This document shows, piece by piece, positions 21,054 to 30,996 of a DNA stretch of 64,000 bases. The stretch comes from Nitrososphaeraceae archaeon (lineage in GTDB: Archaea; Thermoproteota; Nitrososphaeria; Nitrososphaerales; Nitrososphaeraceae), in assembly GCA_035297365.1 (NCBI GenBank), contig DATGZA010000097.1:8509-72508 (forward strand). The letters are read 5' to 3'. The notes beneath the pieces were generated by a model. It searched no databases, was not told where the DNA came from, and worked only from the letters and a program-made list of their open reading frames with translations. The translations under genes were made by a program, and so were the position numbers. Position 1 is the stretch's first letter; each line of letters begins with the position of its first letter.

Positions 21054-21206
21054 TTATTCTTGTATCATTCTACCTTGAATCGAATTGATTTTTCGTATTT
21101 TACTGTGACCAGTTTTTGTTTTATGATCATCCACATCTGAATTAAAAAAGAAACTATCATGACAATCCTCGCAATACCAAATACTATTCAAATCATCTGG
21201 ATGCAT
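21054..21206 (-). CDS. C2H2 zinc-finger microprotein, 50 aa (not in ORF track)
   Basis: MHPDDLNSIWYCEDCHDSFFFNSDVDDHKTKTGHSKIRKINSIQGRMIQE = C-x2-C-x3-F-x8-H-x5-H. Confidence 0.72.
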   Translation of the reverse strand: MHPDDLNSIWYCEDCHDSFFFNSDVDDHKTKTGHSKIRKINSIQGRMIQE

Positions 21207-21430
21207 AGATTATGTTATATTTAATCGAATATAAGAAATTAGTAATTATCTAATGGGAAAATAATAGAAACTATCTATTGTTGAAAACTTATATATTTTT
21301 TTTCTAGATCTGATTAGTATAAAAAAAATCTTACTATTTTATACAATGATTGTTATATTCTATTTTAGCAGAAAGATGATTTCAAAAAAAAGCAATTTAT
21401 TATAAAAAAAATTCATCTACCTAGGGATAG

Positions 21431-21559
21431 TTAATCTACAAAATAGTGTTTTAAATATCTCCTCAAATCGTCTTCATCATCAAATCCTAGATATGTTCTC
21501 AGATTATCTATCCGTTCTTCATCGATTTCTTGATTGTTTTGTTCATTATTAAGTGCCAT
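21431..21559 (-). CDS. Acidic 42-aa microprotein (not in ORF track)
   Basis: MALNNEQNNQEIDEERIDNLRTYLGFDDEDDLRRYLKHYFVD; protein-like composition. Confidence 0.55.
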   Translation of the reverse strand: MALNNEQNNQEIDEERIDNLRTYLGFDDEDDLRRYLKHYFVD

Positions 21560-21683
21560 ATATGCACTGCCCAAATTTTTATTACTCTATCGTTGTAAGG
21601 AGTTTGACTTACTTAAACATTATGAATATCTTTTCTAAAGAAAAAGCAATTTCAGCTCAATTCTATATTTATTCCATAAACGA

Positions 21684-23069
21684 TCATGCTAACCCAAGTA
21701 TTTTTTCATCTGATAATGCCTTATTCAATTCTTGTTCATTCATCAGCTTTCTTTCCAATACTAACTCTCGAATACTTCGTCTAGTTTCTAAAGCTTCTTT
21801 GTAGATCTCGGCCGCTCTTAAATATCCAATGTATGGATTTAAAAGAGTTATCAATATTGGACTATTTTCCATCTGATCCCTTAATTTTCTTGTATTTGCT
21901 TGTATTCCGTCGATGAAATTGGAAGCAAATATTGGAAGAAAGTTAATTAACATATCCGTAGCATCTAAAATGTTTTTTAGCATTCCTGGTAACATTACAT
22001 TTAATTCAAATTGTCCCGCCTGAGCAGCCATTGCAATTGAAACGTCTCTTCCAATTATATCAAAACATATCATGTTTAAGCACTCTGCAAGCGAAGGATT
22101 TACCTTCCCGGGCATTATCGAAGAACCTGCATGAACTGCTGGAATTAATATTTCGGCTAAACCAGCTGTCGGTCCAGAAGCCATTAGTCTTAAATCATTA
22201 GCAAGTTTGATAATTTCTAGTGCTAGATTCCTTAAAGAAGATGAACAATTTGCTACATCATATTTGCTTTGTAATGAATAAAACAGATTGTCCGAAGATT
22301 TTAAGTTAAAACCTGATATCTCTGAAAGATTTTTCACGACTTCATTTTTATATCCTCTTGGTGCATTAGCCCCTGTACCGACTGCCGTTCCACCTAAGCC
22401 GATAAATTCTAATTTTTGTTTTGCTATTATTATCATTTCCTTTGCCTTTTCTAGTGAAAAAACATATTCATCAAACTCCGCACCTAGTGTCACCGGTATG
22501 GCATCCATTAAATGTGTTCTTCCTATTTTGATAATTTCTGCAAATTCTATTCCTTTTTTTCTTAATGATTCTATCAGCTTGTCTAACGAATCAATTGTAA
22601 ATTTGATATTCATTAATATAGCAATATTCATGGCTGTTGGAAAAGTATCATTGCTGGATTGAGACATGTTAACATGATCATTAGGACTCACAACGTTGTA
22701 TTCTCCTTTCTTTTTGCCAAGAATTTCCAATGCCCTGTTAGCTATTACCTCATTTGAATTCATATTAAAAGCTGTTCCAGCTCCAGAATTAATCGATTCT
22801 ATCACAAATTCCTCCATATACCTTCCTGATAAAATCTCGTCACAAGCCTGAATTATTGCTTGTCCTATCTCTATATCCAGAATATTCAATTCCATATTGG
22901 CCATGGCTGCGGACCGTTTAATCATGGCGAAAGCTTTTACCAAGTTAACATGCGATTTTTGTCCACTAACTTTGTATTGTTTTAATGCTCTAGAAGTAAA
23001 AGGGCCATAGTATGAATCTATAGGAACTTGAATTTCTCCTAAGGAATCTCTATCAATTCTAAACGACAT
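21684..23069 (-). CDS. Aspartate ammonia-lyase / class II fumarate hydratase family
   Basis: GAGTAFNMN, SQSSNDTFPT, GRTHLMDA and GSSIMPGKVNP signature. Confidence 0.9.
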   Translation of the reverse strand: MSFRIDRDSLGEIQVPIDSYYGPFTSRALKQYKVSGQKSHVNLVKAFAMIKRSAAMANMELNILDIEIGQAIIQACDEILSGRYMEEFVIESINSGAGTAFNMNSNEVIANRALEILGKKKGEYNVVSPNDHVNMSQSSNDTFPTAMNIAILMNIKFTIDSLDKLIESLRKKGIEFAEIIKIGRTHLMDAIPVTLGAEFDEYVFSLEKAKEMIIIAKQKLEFIGLGGTAVGTGANAPRGYKNEVVKNLSEISGFNLKSSDNLFYSLQSKYDVANCSSSLRNLALEIIKLANDLRLMASGPTAGLAEILIPAVHAGSSIMPGKVNPSLAECLNMICFDIIGRDVSIAMAAQAGQFELNVMLPGMLKNILDATDMLINFLPIFASNFIDGIQANTRKLRDQMENSPILITLLNPYIGYLRAAEIYKEALETRRSIRELVLERKLMNEQELNKALSDEKILGLA

Positions 23070-23186
23070 TTTATAATGTTTATTCTAATATCTAAATAAA
23101 TTAATTGCTTTATATGATCAGTAGACTCTGTTGTTTAGTATAAGTTTATATAATATATTTATATAGTCTACAGAAAGCATATCAAT

Positions 23187-23750
23187 ATGCCGCAAACAAA
23201 ACCCATTGTAAGTATCGAAAATGTTGTTGCGTCTGCTACAATTAATCAAACTGTGAATTTAAACCAAATAACTCAGATATTTCCAGATGTAGAATATCAT
23301 CCTGACCAATTTCCGGGACTAGTTTTTAGATTAAAATCACCGAAAACGGCCACTTTGATCTTTAGCTCTGGAAAGATGGTTTGTACTGGGGCTAAATCTG
23401 AAGATCAAGCTATCAAAGCAGTAAAGAGTGTTGTACAAAAATTAAAAAAAGGAAGTATTAACATAGAAAATGAGCCTATTATAGAGATTCAAAATATCGT
23501 AGCATCAGCTAGTCTAGGAGGTAAAATCCACTTAGAACTAGCTGCCCGTGTACTTCCACGAAGTATGTATGAACCTGAACAATTTCCTGGACTAATTCAT
23601 AGAATGTTGGATCCAAAAACCGTTATACTCCTGTTTGCCAGTGGTAAATTAGTGTGCACTGGGGCTAAAAAAGAGGCCGAAGTTTATCGAGCTGTTCATA
23701 ATTTGCATACGTTACTTGAAGAGAAGAACTTAATGATTTATGAGGGATAA
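23187..23750 (+). CDS. tbp: TATA-box binding protein
   Basis: Two internal repeats: ENVVAS/QNIVAS, YHPDQFPGL/YEPEQFPGL, SGKMVCTGAK/SGKLVCTGAK. Confidence 0.98.
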   Translation: MPQTKPIVSIENVVASATINQTVNLNQITQIFPDVEYHPDQFPGLVFRLKSPKTATLIFSSGKMVCTGAKSEDQAIKAVKSVVQKLKKGSINIENEPIIEIQNIVASASLGGKIHLELAARVLPRSMYEPEQFPGLIHRMLDPKTVILLFASGKLVCTGAKKEAEVYRAVHNLHTLLEEKNLMIYEG

Positions 23751-23765
23751 TCTTTTATGCCGTTT

Positions 23766-24359
23766 TTATTTTTTAAGATCTTCTCTTTTTTCTCTGTCTA
23801 TTAAATTTCTAGAATAAAGGATATCAGAAATTTCTGTCATCGTTATTAAAAACTTTAGGTCAATATCTATTTGCGTGTATTTCTCGATTATTTCATTATT
23901 TCCCCTAAAAAGTATTGATAATACATTATTGACTTTTGCACCATTATTTCTGATTACCTTTATTGCATGTTTTAAGGACTGTCCTGTTGTAATTACATCG
24001 TCTATTAGTAAGACATTTTGATTCTTTTGCAATTTTCCTTCAATTAAATTGTTAACTCCGTAACCTTTTGACTCCTTTCTTATGTATATCAGAGGTCTGA
24101 AGATTTCATACGCTAATGCAGATGTAAATACTAAACCTGATGTTGGGACTGTAGCTAAACAGTCAAATTCCAATCCATCGTCTATTATCTTATCTCTTAA
24201 GGAAATTATCGTTTGATGAAAGATTGATGGATGACTCTGTATATTTCTGAGGTCTATGTAATAACTACTATCTAATCCGCTAGAAAGTCTAAATTTACCG
24301 AATTTGAGCGAATTAGACTGGATTAAGAAGGTTGCAAAATTAATTCGAAAATCTTCCAT
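23766..24359 (-). CDS. pyrE: Orotate phosphoribosyltransferase
   Basis: FGKFRLSSG..S.YY.D, YIRKESK, LLIDDVITTG; start moved to ATG 24359 (MEDF) to remove the overlap with the divergent gene. Confidence 0.92.
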   Translation of the reverse strand: MEDFRINFATFLIQSNSLKFGKFRLSSGLDSSYYIDLRNIQSHPSIFHQTIISLRDKIIDDGLEFDCLATVPTSGLVFTSALAYEIFRPLIYIRKESKGYGVNNLIEGKLQKNQNVLLIDDVITTGQSLKHAIKVIRNNGAKVNNVLSILFRGNNEIIEKYTQIDIDLKFLITMTEISDILYSRNLIDREKREDLKK

Positions 24360-24410
24360 TTCAATCTTAATGTGAAAGAGATTTATTTTAACTCTTTTAG
24401 ATAATTCTTC

Positions 24411-25517
24411 ATGCCCGAAATATGGCTTGGCTACGGAACTACGAACGTAGTTCTCGATATCAAACAAGAAAATTTAAGTCACTTTGTACCTACACCACAG
24501 ATTTTCTCTAAAGAATATTTGTATAATTTTCTGTCAAATATCAATTTTTTAAAAAAAACTCTATTCTTTCCTTTATCGGCTTCTAAAGCGGTAATAAAAA
24601 TACTCTCATTATTGATTGACATCTCTAATTCTAATCCAGATTTTGAGATAGAAATTGGCACTTATCCAATAATATTTCAGCTAATTAGAACTTATTTTTC
24701 TAATTACAGAAAACCAATTACACAAATAGAAAAACAGGATCTCCTTGACAAAATTAAAAAATATAATCAGGTTGTTTTTATTTCCAGAGTATATCACGAT
24801 CCTTTGTTTGGATTCCATGGAACTCCTTCTATTCTAATGAGAAATTCAGGCAATAATTTGATGAATCAACTTTTTTCATCTTCTTCAATGGAATTTCCAA
24901 AACCAGGTGAAGTCGGCGAACCACTTAAAATGGCTTTTGAATTTTGTAATAAATTAAATATATACTCAATAGATCTAGTTTCCTATAATTCAGATATCGT
25001 GGATATTCATTATGGTAATACTATCTCTGATTTTCAGGAATCTATTTTAAGCTTAAATTCCATAGTCGCATTATATGATGGAGAAAATAGGGCAATCATT
25101 GCTAGCTCAGGATATGAATATGAGAATCATCTCACTCTAAGCAATTCATTGAATTTTCTCTGGAATATTGTACCCATACTTAGAAAAAATGGATCTGCTG
25201 TACTGTTATCTGAAAGTAGCGGTGGTATTGGGGAAGGAGCATTAAAAATGTATATCGAGGGAAGACTATCTATGAATGAAATTAAAAAATGTAATTATAT
25301 AAATGGACTGGAACATCTACTTTTTCTTAAATGTTTACGGGATGAGTATAATCTTGGAATTGTTTCATCACTGCCTTTTTATTATACAGGTAAAAAACTT
25401 GGCCTTACACCCTTTAACAATGTTAAGGAAGTTCTTGAGAATTTCTTGTCAAAATATGGCAGGAATAGTAAAGTAATAGTTTGTCCAGATCCAGATAGTA
25501 CATTGCTTCGGAAATAG
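24411..25517 (+). CDS. Divergent LarA (lactate racemase)/DUF2088-like protein
   Basis: MPEIWLGYG N-terminus, DPLFGFHG, and IIASSG...L..S....ES.GG.G resemble the LarA fold. Confidence 0.55.
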   Translation: MPEIWLGYGTTNVVLDIKQENLSHFVPTPQIFSKEYLYNFLSNINFLKKTLFFPLSASKAVIKILSLLIDISNSNPDFEIEIGTYPIIFQLIRTYFSNYRKPITQIEKQDLLDKIKKYNQVVFISRVYHDPLFGFHGTPSILMRNSGNNLMNQLFSSSSMEFPKPGEVGEPLKMAFEFCNKLNIYSIDLVSYNSDIVDIHYGNTISDFQESILSLNSIVALYDGENRAIIASSGYEYENHLTLSNSLNFLWNIVPILRKNGSAVLLSESSGGIGEGALKMYIEGRLSMNEIKKCNYINGLEHLLFLKCLRDEYNLGIVSSLPFYYTGKKLGLTPFNNVKEVLENFLSKYGRNSKVIVCPDPDSTLLRK

Positions 25518-25659
25518 ACGTTAAATTGATATTAAGGAATTCTTTTATGTGCAGAACACAGAAACATGTAATCTTTATAAGATGTCAATTTACCGGTTCA
25601 TTTTTCAATTTACTACCTATATAAAGTTATATACTTTATCAAAATTACTCATAATACAT

Positions 25660-26157
25660 TTGCAATCTGTACTCCGAAATATTGGTGATTATATTATTCG
25701 TCACTGTGAAGAGAAAGACCTTGAATTTGTGATAAACATAAATCTTAGGACACTTCCAGAACATTATTCTGATTATTTTTTTAGCTCAATTTTGACAGAA
25801 TTACCTGAAGCTTTCATTGTTGCAGAATTTAAAAATCAGATTGTGGGCTATATCATGTGCAAAATAGAATTTGGTTTTTCGAATTTTCGTAAGCTTGGTT
25901 TTGTAAAAAAAGGACATGTCGTATCAATTGCTGTATTGCAGGAACATAGGGGAAAAGGAATTGGAAAAGCGTTAATGTTGGAAGGAATTAACGGAATTCT
26001 TAGGAGAAAGAGTGATGAAATTTATTTGGAAGTAAGAGTGAGTAACGAAATTGCAGTTAAATTATATCAAGATATTGGCTTTATGATTAAATCTAGACTT
26101 AGTTCATATTATCGAGATGGTGAAGATGCTTATTTGATGTCAAGAGACCTTAGTTAG
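25660..26157 (+). CDS. N-terminal acetyltransferase (Ard1/RimI GNAT)
   Basis: LPEHY, GHVVSIAV..EHRGKGIG, LEVRVSN, YYRDGEDAY; TTG 25660 lies about 27 bp below a TTATATA box. Confidence 0.9.
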   Translation: MQSVLRNIGDYIIRHCEEKDLEFVININLRTLPEHYSDYFFSSILTELPEAFIVAEFKNQIVGYIMCKIEFGFSNFRKLGFVKKGHVVSIAVLQEHRGKGIGKALMLEGINGILRRKSDEIYLEVRVSNEIAVKLYQDIGFMIKSRLSSYYRDGEDAYLMSRDLS

Positions 26158-26193
26158 AGATATATAATATCTCAATGTGGTTCTTTTATAAGA

Positions 26194-26406
26194 ATGAAAG
26201 GTAATAAAACTACCGGAATCTTTCTTTTAACTGTTCCTTCGTTGTTATTTTTCATATATGTTTATTTGTTATTTTCCTCTCATCTGGATCTATTAATAAT
26301 TAAACTTACCATCACAGCTACAGTTGGTGTAGTTATTACTGTTTTTGTTTGGATAGGTTATACTATGGTATCCTCAACTCAGAATACCGAATTACCTGAT
26401 AATTAG
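26194..26406 (+). CDS. Small 2-TM membrane protein
   Basis: Two hydrophobic helices followed by WIGYTM. Confidence 0.65.
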   Translation: MKGNKTTGIFLLTVPSLLFFIYVYLLFSSHLDLLIIKLTITATVGVVITVFVWIGYTMVSSTQNTELPDN

Positions 26407-26417
26407 ATCCAAAAAAA

Positions 26418-27257
26418 TTAAAATAACTCTATATCAGTCACAATTTGGTAAATTTTAGGACCCACTTCTCTTACTACTCTGCACGAAACAATTCTACTGT
26501 TATAAGATCCAAACACATTATTACTATATTTTTTACCTTCTTCTAGTGAGCATAATTTATTATGGGATTTTATATGAGCAAAAAAGTGAATTATTCCCTT
26601 CTTATTTTTAAGTGCTAGAATTGCCAAATCAATAAATTCAAAAGCTCTCTCTGGAAGAGGCATTAGAACTCTCGTAGCGATACCTGCTAGTTTATTTGGT
26701 ATTACTTCAGCTACGTCTCCAAGAATCGGAATAACTCTATTTTCAACCCTATTCAATTTAGTATTAGCTAAACAAAGTTCTGTAGCAGTAGGATTTGAAT
26801 CAATACTATGTACTGTGCAATTTGTTTTTTTAGCTAGAATTATAGAATATGTACCAATACCTCCAAACATATTTACTATCACTTCTTTATCTTTTATTAA
26901 TCTAGAAATCCTCAGTCTTTCTGTTGATAAACGTGGTGAAAAATATGTTTTTGAAACATCAACCTTAAAAATACATCCATGTTCCTTATATTCTGTAATG
27001 GTTTTCTCTTCTCCTGCCAAAAATTCTAATTGCCTTAGTCGATAGTCACCTTGTACTGGTGATATTTGTTGAAATACCGTGTTTACGGATTTGATCTTTT
27101 TCAATAACGTATTTGCGATTATTTCTTTCTTGGAAAGAAGACTGTCTGGAATTTTAATAATAATAATATCTCCAATAATATCAAAAGATGAATATACTTT
27201 AGTAATTTCGTCAATTGTCAAAATATCTTTTAATGTTTCTTTAAGCATACGTGGCAT
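26418..27257 (-). CDS. Trm5/Taw2-family tRNA G37 SAM-dependent methyltransferase
   Basis: FDIIGDI, YKEHGC.F.VD, YFSPRLSTERLRI, MFGGIG. Confidence 0.87.
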   Translation of the reverse strand: MPRMLKETLKDILTIDEITKVYSSFDIIGDIIIIKIPDSLLSKKEIIANTLLKKIKSVNTVFQQISPVQGDYRLRQLEFLAGEEKTITEYKEHGCIFKVDVSKTYFSPRLSTERLRISRLIKDKEVIVNMFGGIGTYSIILAKKTNCTVHSIDSNPTATELCLANTKLNRVENRVIPILGDVAEVIPNKLAGIATRVLMPLPERAFEFIDLAILALKNKKGIIHFFAHIKSHNKLCSLEEGKKYSNNVFGSYNSRIVSCRVVREVGPKIYQIVTDIELF

Positions 27258-27263
27258 ATTTTT

Positions 27264-29060
27264 TTATCTATTTAAATAGTAATACTCTCCTGATCCTTTT
27301 TGAACTTTGTCGAGTCTACTCATATCTTTGTTTACCCTAGGTCTTCCTGTACTATCATCTCTTCTATAAGTAATTGATAGATTTTTTAGGAATTGGTTCA
27401 TCCCTTTTACTTTAGACATCGGTTCAGAAGCGTAACCTTCTATTCCTGGATTCCCTTCAAAGATTATTAATGTGTCAGAAACAATATCTATCAATTGCAT
27501 ATCGTGGTCAATAATTATAGCTGATTTATTTTGTGCCCTTACAAATCTTTGAATAAATTTAGCCAACGCTATTCTTTCTTCTATATCTATGAAAGCAGAT
27601 GGTTCATCAAATGCGTAAATTTCAGCATCTTGCATTAAAGTAGCAGTGATCGCTACTTTCTGTAGTTCTCCTCCGCTTAAATTTTTAAAATTTTTCTCAT
27701 ATAATTTTTTTATACCCATAGGAATAATTATCTGTTCTTCAACAGAACTTCCCTCGATCACATTTTGGTAACGAGAATATAATAATGACTTAACGTCACC
27801 GTCATAATCCTGACTTATATATTGTGGTTTATATGATATTCTAGGATTAATCTCTACGACTCCCTCATCAGTTTTTTCTATACCTGCCATTATCTTCATA
27901 AATGTTGTTTTTCCTAGCGCATTAGCACCTGTAACTCCAATTACCTCTCCCTTTCTTATCCGTCCAGATCTGATTTTAACCATAAAGGAATCAAATCTTT
28001 TTATTAAATTAGAATATTGAGTAACAATGGTATTTTGCAATAAATCTTCCGTTGGACTAAAAGAATCAAACCTAAATTTTTTTTCTCTAAATCGTACATT
28101 TTCAGAAGGAATAAATCCATCAAGAAAATTGTTTATTCCCACTTTAGTAGACTGCAAACTAGACACTATTCCATAAGCTCCAGGTTCCCCATATAATATA
28201 TGAATATAATCAGACAAATAATCCAATAATGTAAGATCATGCTCAATGACCATAACACTTTTTCCTCTTTTTGCTAAACTCTGAATTACTTTAGCTACCG
28301 CCAATCTCTGATATATGTCATTATAAGAAGAAGGCTCATCAAAAAAATAATAATCTGCATCTTTTATTGTGGTAACTGCCACAGCTAACCTCTGTAATTC
28401 TCCGCCACTTAATTCGCTAACATTTTTATTCAATGAATTCTTCAATCCTAATTCCTCGGATATTAGATCAAACATATCTAACTCGTCAAATTTTTTTAGC
28501 ATTTCTTTTGCGGTTCCATTGAAAAATTTAGGTATTTTATACACTAATTGAGGTTTTATAGATAGTTTCAGATTTCCATTTGCTAAATTTTCAAAATATG
28601 CCTTCAATTCATTTCCATGAAAATTTTCAATCACGTCATTCCACTGAATCTTTTCATTATATTCCCCAAAATTGGGTTTCAAGTTACCGGATAATATGTT
28701 TATTATGGTAGATTTACCCATTCCGTTCCTTCCAAGCAAACCTACTACAGATCCCTTTTTGGGAGTTGGTAAATGATATAATCTGAATGAATTAATTCCA
28801 TATTGATGGATCTTATGTTCTCCTAGTTCTTTTGGTAAATTTACTATAACTATTGCTTCGAATGGACATTTCTTTACACATATTCCACATCCAGTACATA
28901 GATCTTCTGAAATTACCGCCTTGCCATCACCTGGTCTCTGAATAATACATTCTCCTCCTGTTTTATTAATAGGACAATAGATTATGCATTCTAATCCACA
29001 TTTCTTGGGTTTGCATAATTCTTCATCCAATACGGCTACTCTAGAAGATGCATCATTCAA
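27264..29060 (-). CDS. rli: Ribosome recycling ATPase ABCE1/RLI
   Basis: N-terminal 2x[4Fe-4S] cysteine motifs and two ABC domains with LSGGELQ. Confidence 0.97.
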   Translation of the reverse strand: MNDASSRVAVLDEELCKPKKCGLECIIYCPINKTGGECIIQRPGDGKAVISEDLCTGCGICVKKCPFEAIVIVNLPKELGEHKIHQYGINSFRLYHLPTPKKGSVVGLLGRNGMGKSTIINILSGNLKPNFGEYNEKIQWNDVIENFHGNELKAYFENLANGNLKLSIKPQLVYKIPKFFNGTAKEMLKKFDELDMFDLISEELGLKNSLNKNVSELSGGELQRLAVAVTTIKDADYYFFDEPSSYNDIYQRLAVAKVIQSLAKRGKSVMVIEHDLTLLDYLSDYIHILYGEPGAYGIVSSLQSTKVGINNFLDGFIPSENVRFREKKFRFDSFSPTEDLLQNTIVTQYSNLIKRFDSFMVKIRSGRIRKGEVIGVTGANALGKTTFMKIMAGIEKTDEGVVEINPRISYKPQYISQDYDGDVKSLLYSRYQNVIEGSSVEEQIIIPMGIKKLYEKNFKNLSGGELQKVAITATLMQDAEIYAFDEPSAFIDIEERIALAKFIQRFVRAQNKSAIIIDHDMQLIDIVSDTLIIFEGNPGIEGYASEPMSKVKGMNQFLKNLSITYRRDDSTGRPRVNKDMSRLDKVQKGSGEYYYLNR

Positions 29061-29187
29061 CTTTCTTCACTTTTATTTTTTACAATATGTATTATATCTC
29101 TTGCTAGGTTTAAGTTGATTGTTTTCTAATTTTTAATGGTCTACGAATATTAAAAAAGATTAAATTAAACATAATAGTTGCTATTTA

Positions 29188-29303
29188 TAGCCGGTCATAG
29201 TGGCAGGGCGCGACCCGGTCCCATACCGAACCCGGAAGTCAAACCTGTCGTCGCTGCCTAATACTGACCTACGTGAGTGGTTGGGAAAAGGCAGTGCTGG
29301 CGT
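29188..29303 (+). rRNA. rrf: 5S rRNA (stand-alone)
   Basis: GC-rich island; GGCCATAG-like 5' end, CCCGGTCCCATACCGAACCCGGAAGTCAA loop C, ends pair (GCCGG/CTGGC); boundaries approximate. Confidence 0.93.
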
Positions 29304-29362
29304 TCTAGATATATGTGTCAATATTTCGTACTAAATGACTATTTTGCATTTTTAAGATACTA

Positions 29363-30838
29363 TTACTTCAGATTCACTAGTAGGAATTTAATAATAGTTC
29401 TTATTCCGAAACCTGTGGCTCCTTTTGGATTATATGATTTAGACAATGTTCCTTCTTGATTCCATGCAGTTCCTGCAATATCAATATGTGCCCATGGCAC
29501 ATCACCTACAAAATTCGATAAAAATGCAGCTGCGGTTATTGCTCCGCCAGATCTTCCGCCTATATTTTTTATATCTGCAGAATTACTTTTTATCTGTTCA
29601 TGAAATTCCTCAAATAAAGGTAATTCCCACAATTTCTCATCGGTATTATTGGAATGGTCGATAATCTTTTTAATTAACTCTGAATTAGTACCTATTATTC
29701 CAGCAACATTTGATCCTAGTGCTATTACACATGCTCCTGTCAGTGTAGCCATATCAATTGCCAATTTTGGTTTGTATGTACTTATTCCATAAGATAACGC
29801 ATCAGCAAGAATCAATCTGCCTTCGGCGTCAGTATTTAATACTTCTACTTTCTTTTGATTATGCATTTCAATAATGTCACTCGGTTTGTATGAAGAATCT
29901 GATGGCATATTTTCTACGGAGGGAACTATTCCTATTACATAGATGTTGGGTTTTAGTATTGATAATGCTTTCATAATGGCAATAATATTCACTCCACCAC
30001 ATTTGTCAAATTTCATATCCTCCATCCGTTCGCTAGGTTTAATAGATATCCCTCCAGAATCAAATGTTACAGCCTTGCCTACAAGTAAAATTGGATTTTC
30101 ATTATTTTTGTTTCCATGATACTCCATTATGATTAGTTTTGGTTGATTTTTACTTCCTCTTCCTACAGATGTTATTCCATTCAATCCAAGTAATTTCATT
30201 TTCTTTAAGTCAATAATTTTTGTTTCAATTGCTTTTTTGTTAATATTTATTGCAATTTTTGCTAGATACTCAGGGGTACATTCGTTAGGTGGTAAATTAC
30301 TTATATCTCTAGCAAAATTCACTGTTTCTGAAATTATCGAAGCTATATCAATAATCGTTTGAAAATGTTTGGACTTTGAATTACAAAGTATTGCTACCGT
30401 TTGAAGATGATTTTTTTCGCTCTTTGTTTTATATTTATCAAAGGAATACGAAGATAGAATTATTCCCTCAGTAATTGCCTCGATTATTTCGTCGGATAAA
30501 TCGAAAGGAACAATTGAAAATTCTTCTATATCAAATTCCTTTAAATATTGTACTATTTTTCCTGAAATTATTCTTGCTTTTTCTGCATTAAAATCGGTTT
30601 TTTTTGCCAATCCAACAAATAAAATATTTTGCGCTGGCATTTTTGATAATGTATTTAATTCAGACATACATCCAAATTTTGAACTATATTTATCAAGAAA
30701 GTGCCTTCCTGCCTTTACTATTTCCTTATTTAGACTACGAAATAACTGGGAATAATCTTCATCTTCAAAATAACCTATAACCAATACTTGCGAATTTTTT
30801 TTTTCTATTTTTGTTTCATCTGCTCTTATTCTTAACAT
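29363..30838 (-). CDS. pepA: M17 leucyl aminopeptidase
   Basis: VGKAVTFDSGG, MKFDKCG, NTDAEGRL, ATLTGA, HIDIAG. Confidence 0.95.
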   Translation of the reverse strand: MLRIRADETKIEKKNSQVLVIGYFEDEDYSQLFRSLNKEIVKAGRHFLDKYSSKFGCMSELNTLSKMPAQNILFVGLAKKTDFNAEKARIISGKIVQYLKEFDIEEFSIVPFDLSDEIIEAITEGIILSSYSFDKYKTKSEKNHLQTVAILCNSKSKHFQTIIDIASIISETVNFARDISNLPPNECTPEYLAKIAININKKAIETKIIDLKKMKLLGLNGITSVGRGSKNQPKLIIMEYHGNKNNENPILLVGKAVTFDSGGISIKPSERMEDMKFDKCGGVNIIAIMKALSILKPNIYVIGIVPSVENMPSDSSYKPSDIIEMHNQKKVEVLNTDAEGRLILADALSYGISTYKPKLAIDMATLTGACVIALGSNVAGIIGTNSELIKKIIDHSNNTDEKLWELPLFEEFHEQIKSNSADIKNIGGRSGGAITAAAFLSNFVGDVPWAHIDIAGTAWNQEGTLSKSYNPKGATGFGIRTIIKFLLVNLK

Positions 30839-30996
30839 CCCTTTTGAATTCCTAATTAGAATATTTTAAACTATTGAATTATTTTTCCTCTTTGTAAAAC
30901 AGGACTGCAAATTTATTACTAATGAACCAGCTAGATTTTTATCTACCGTGTTATTTTGTTCCAATATTCCACTAAAGTGGTTTGAAGGTATAGCTT

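Noticed and set aside
24360-24467. Apparent head-to-head coding overlap between pyrE and the LarA-like gene
   Set aside because: Artefact of longest-ORF calling; PyrE similarity begins at MEDF (24359)
29277-29459. 60-aa ORF in the ORF track
   Set aside because: Overlaps the 5S rRNA and is antisense to pepA
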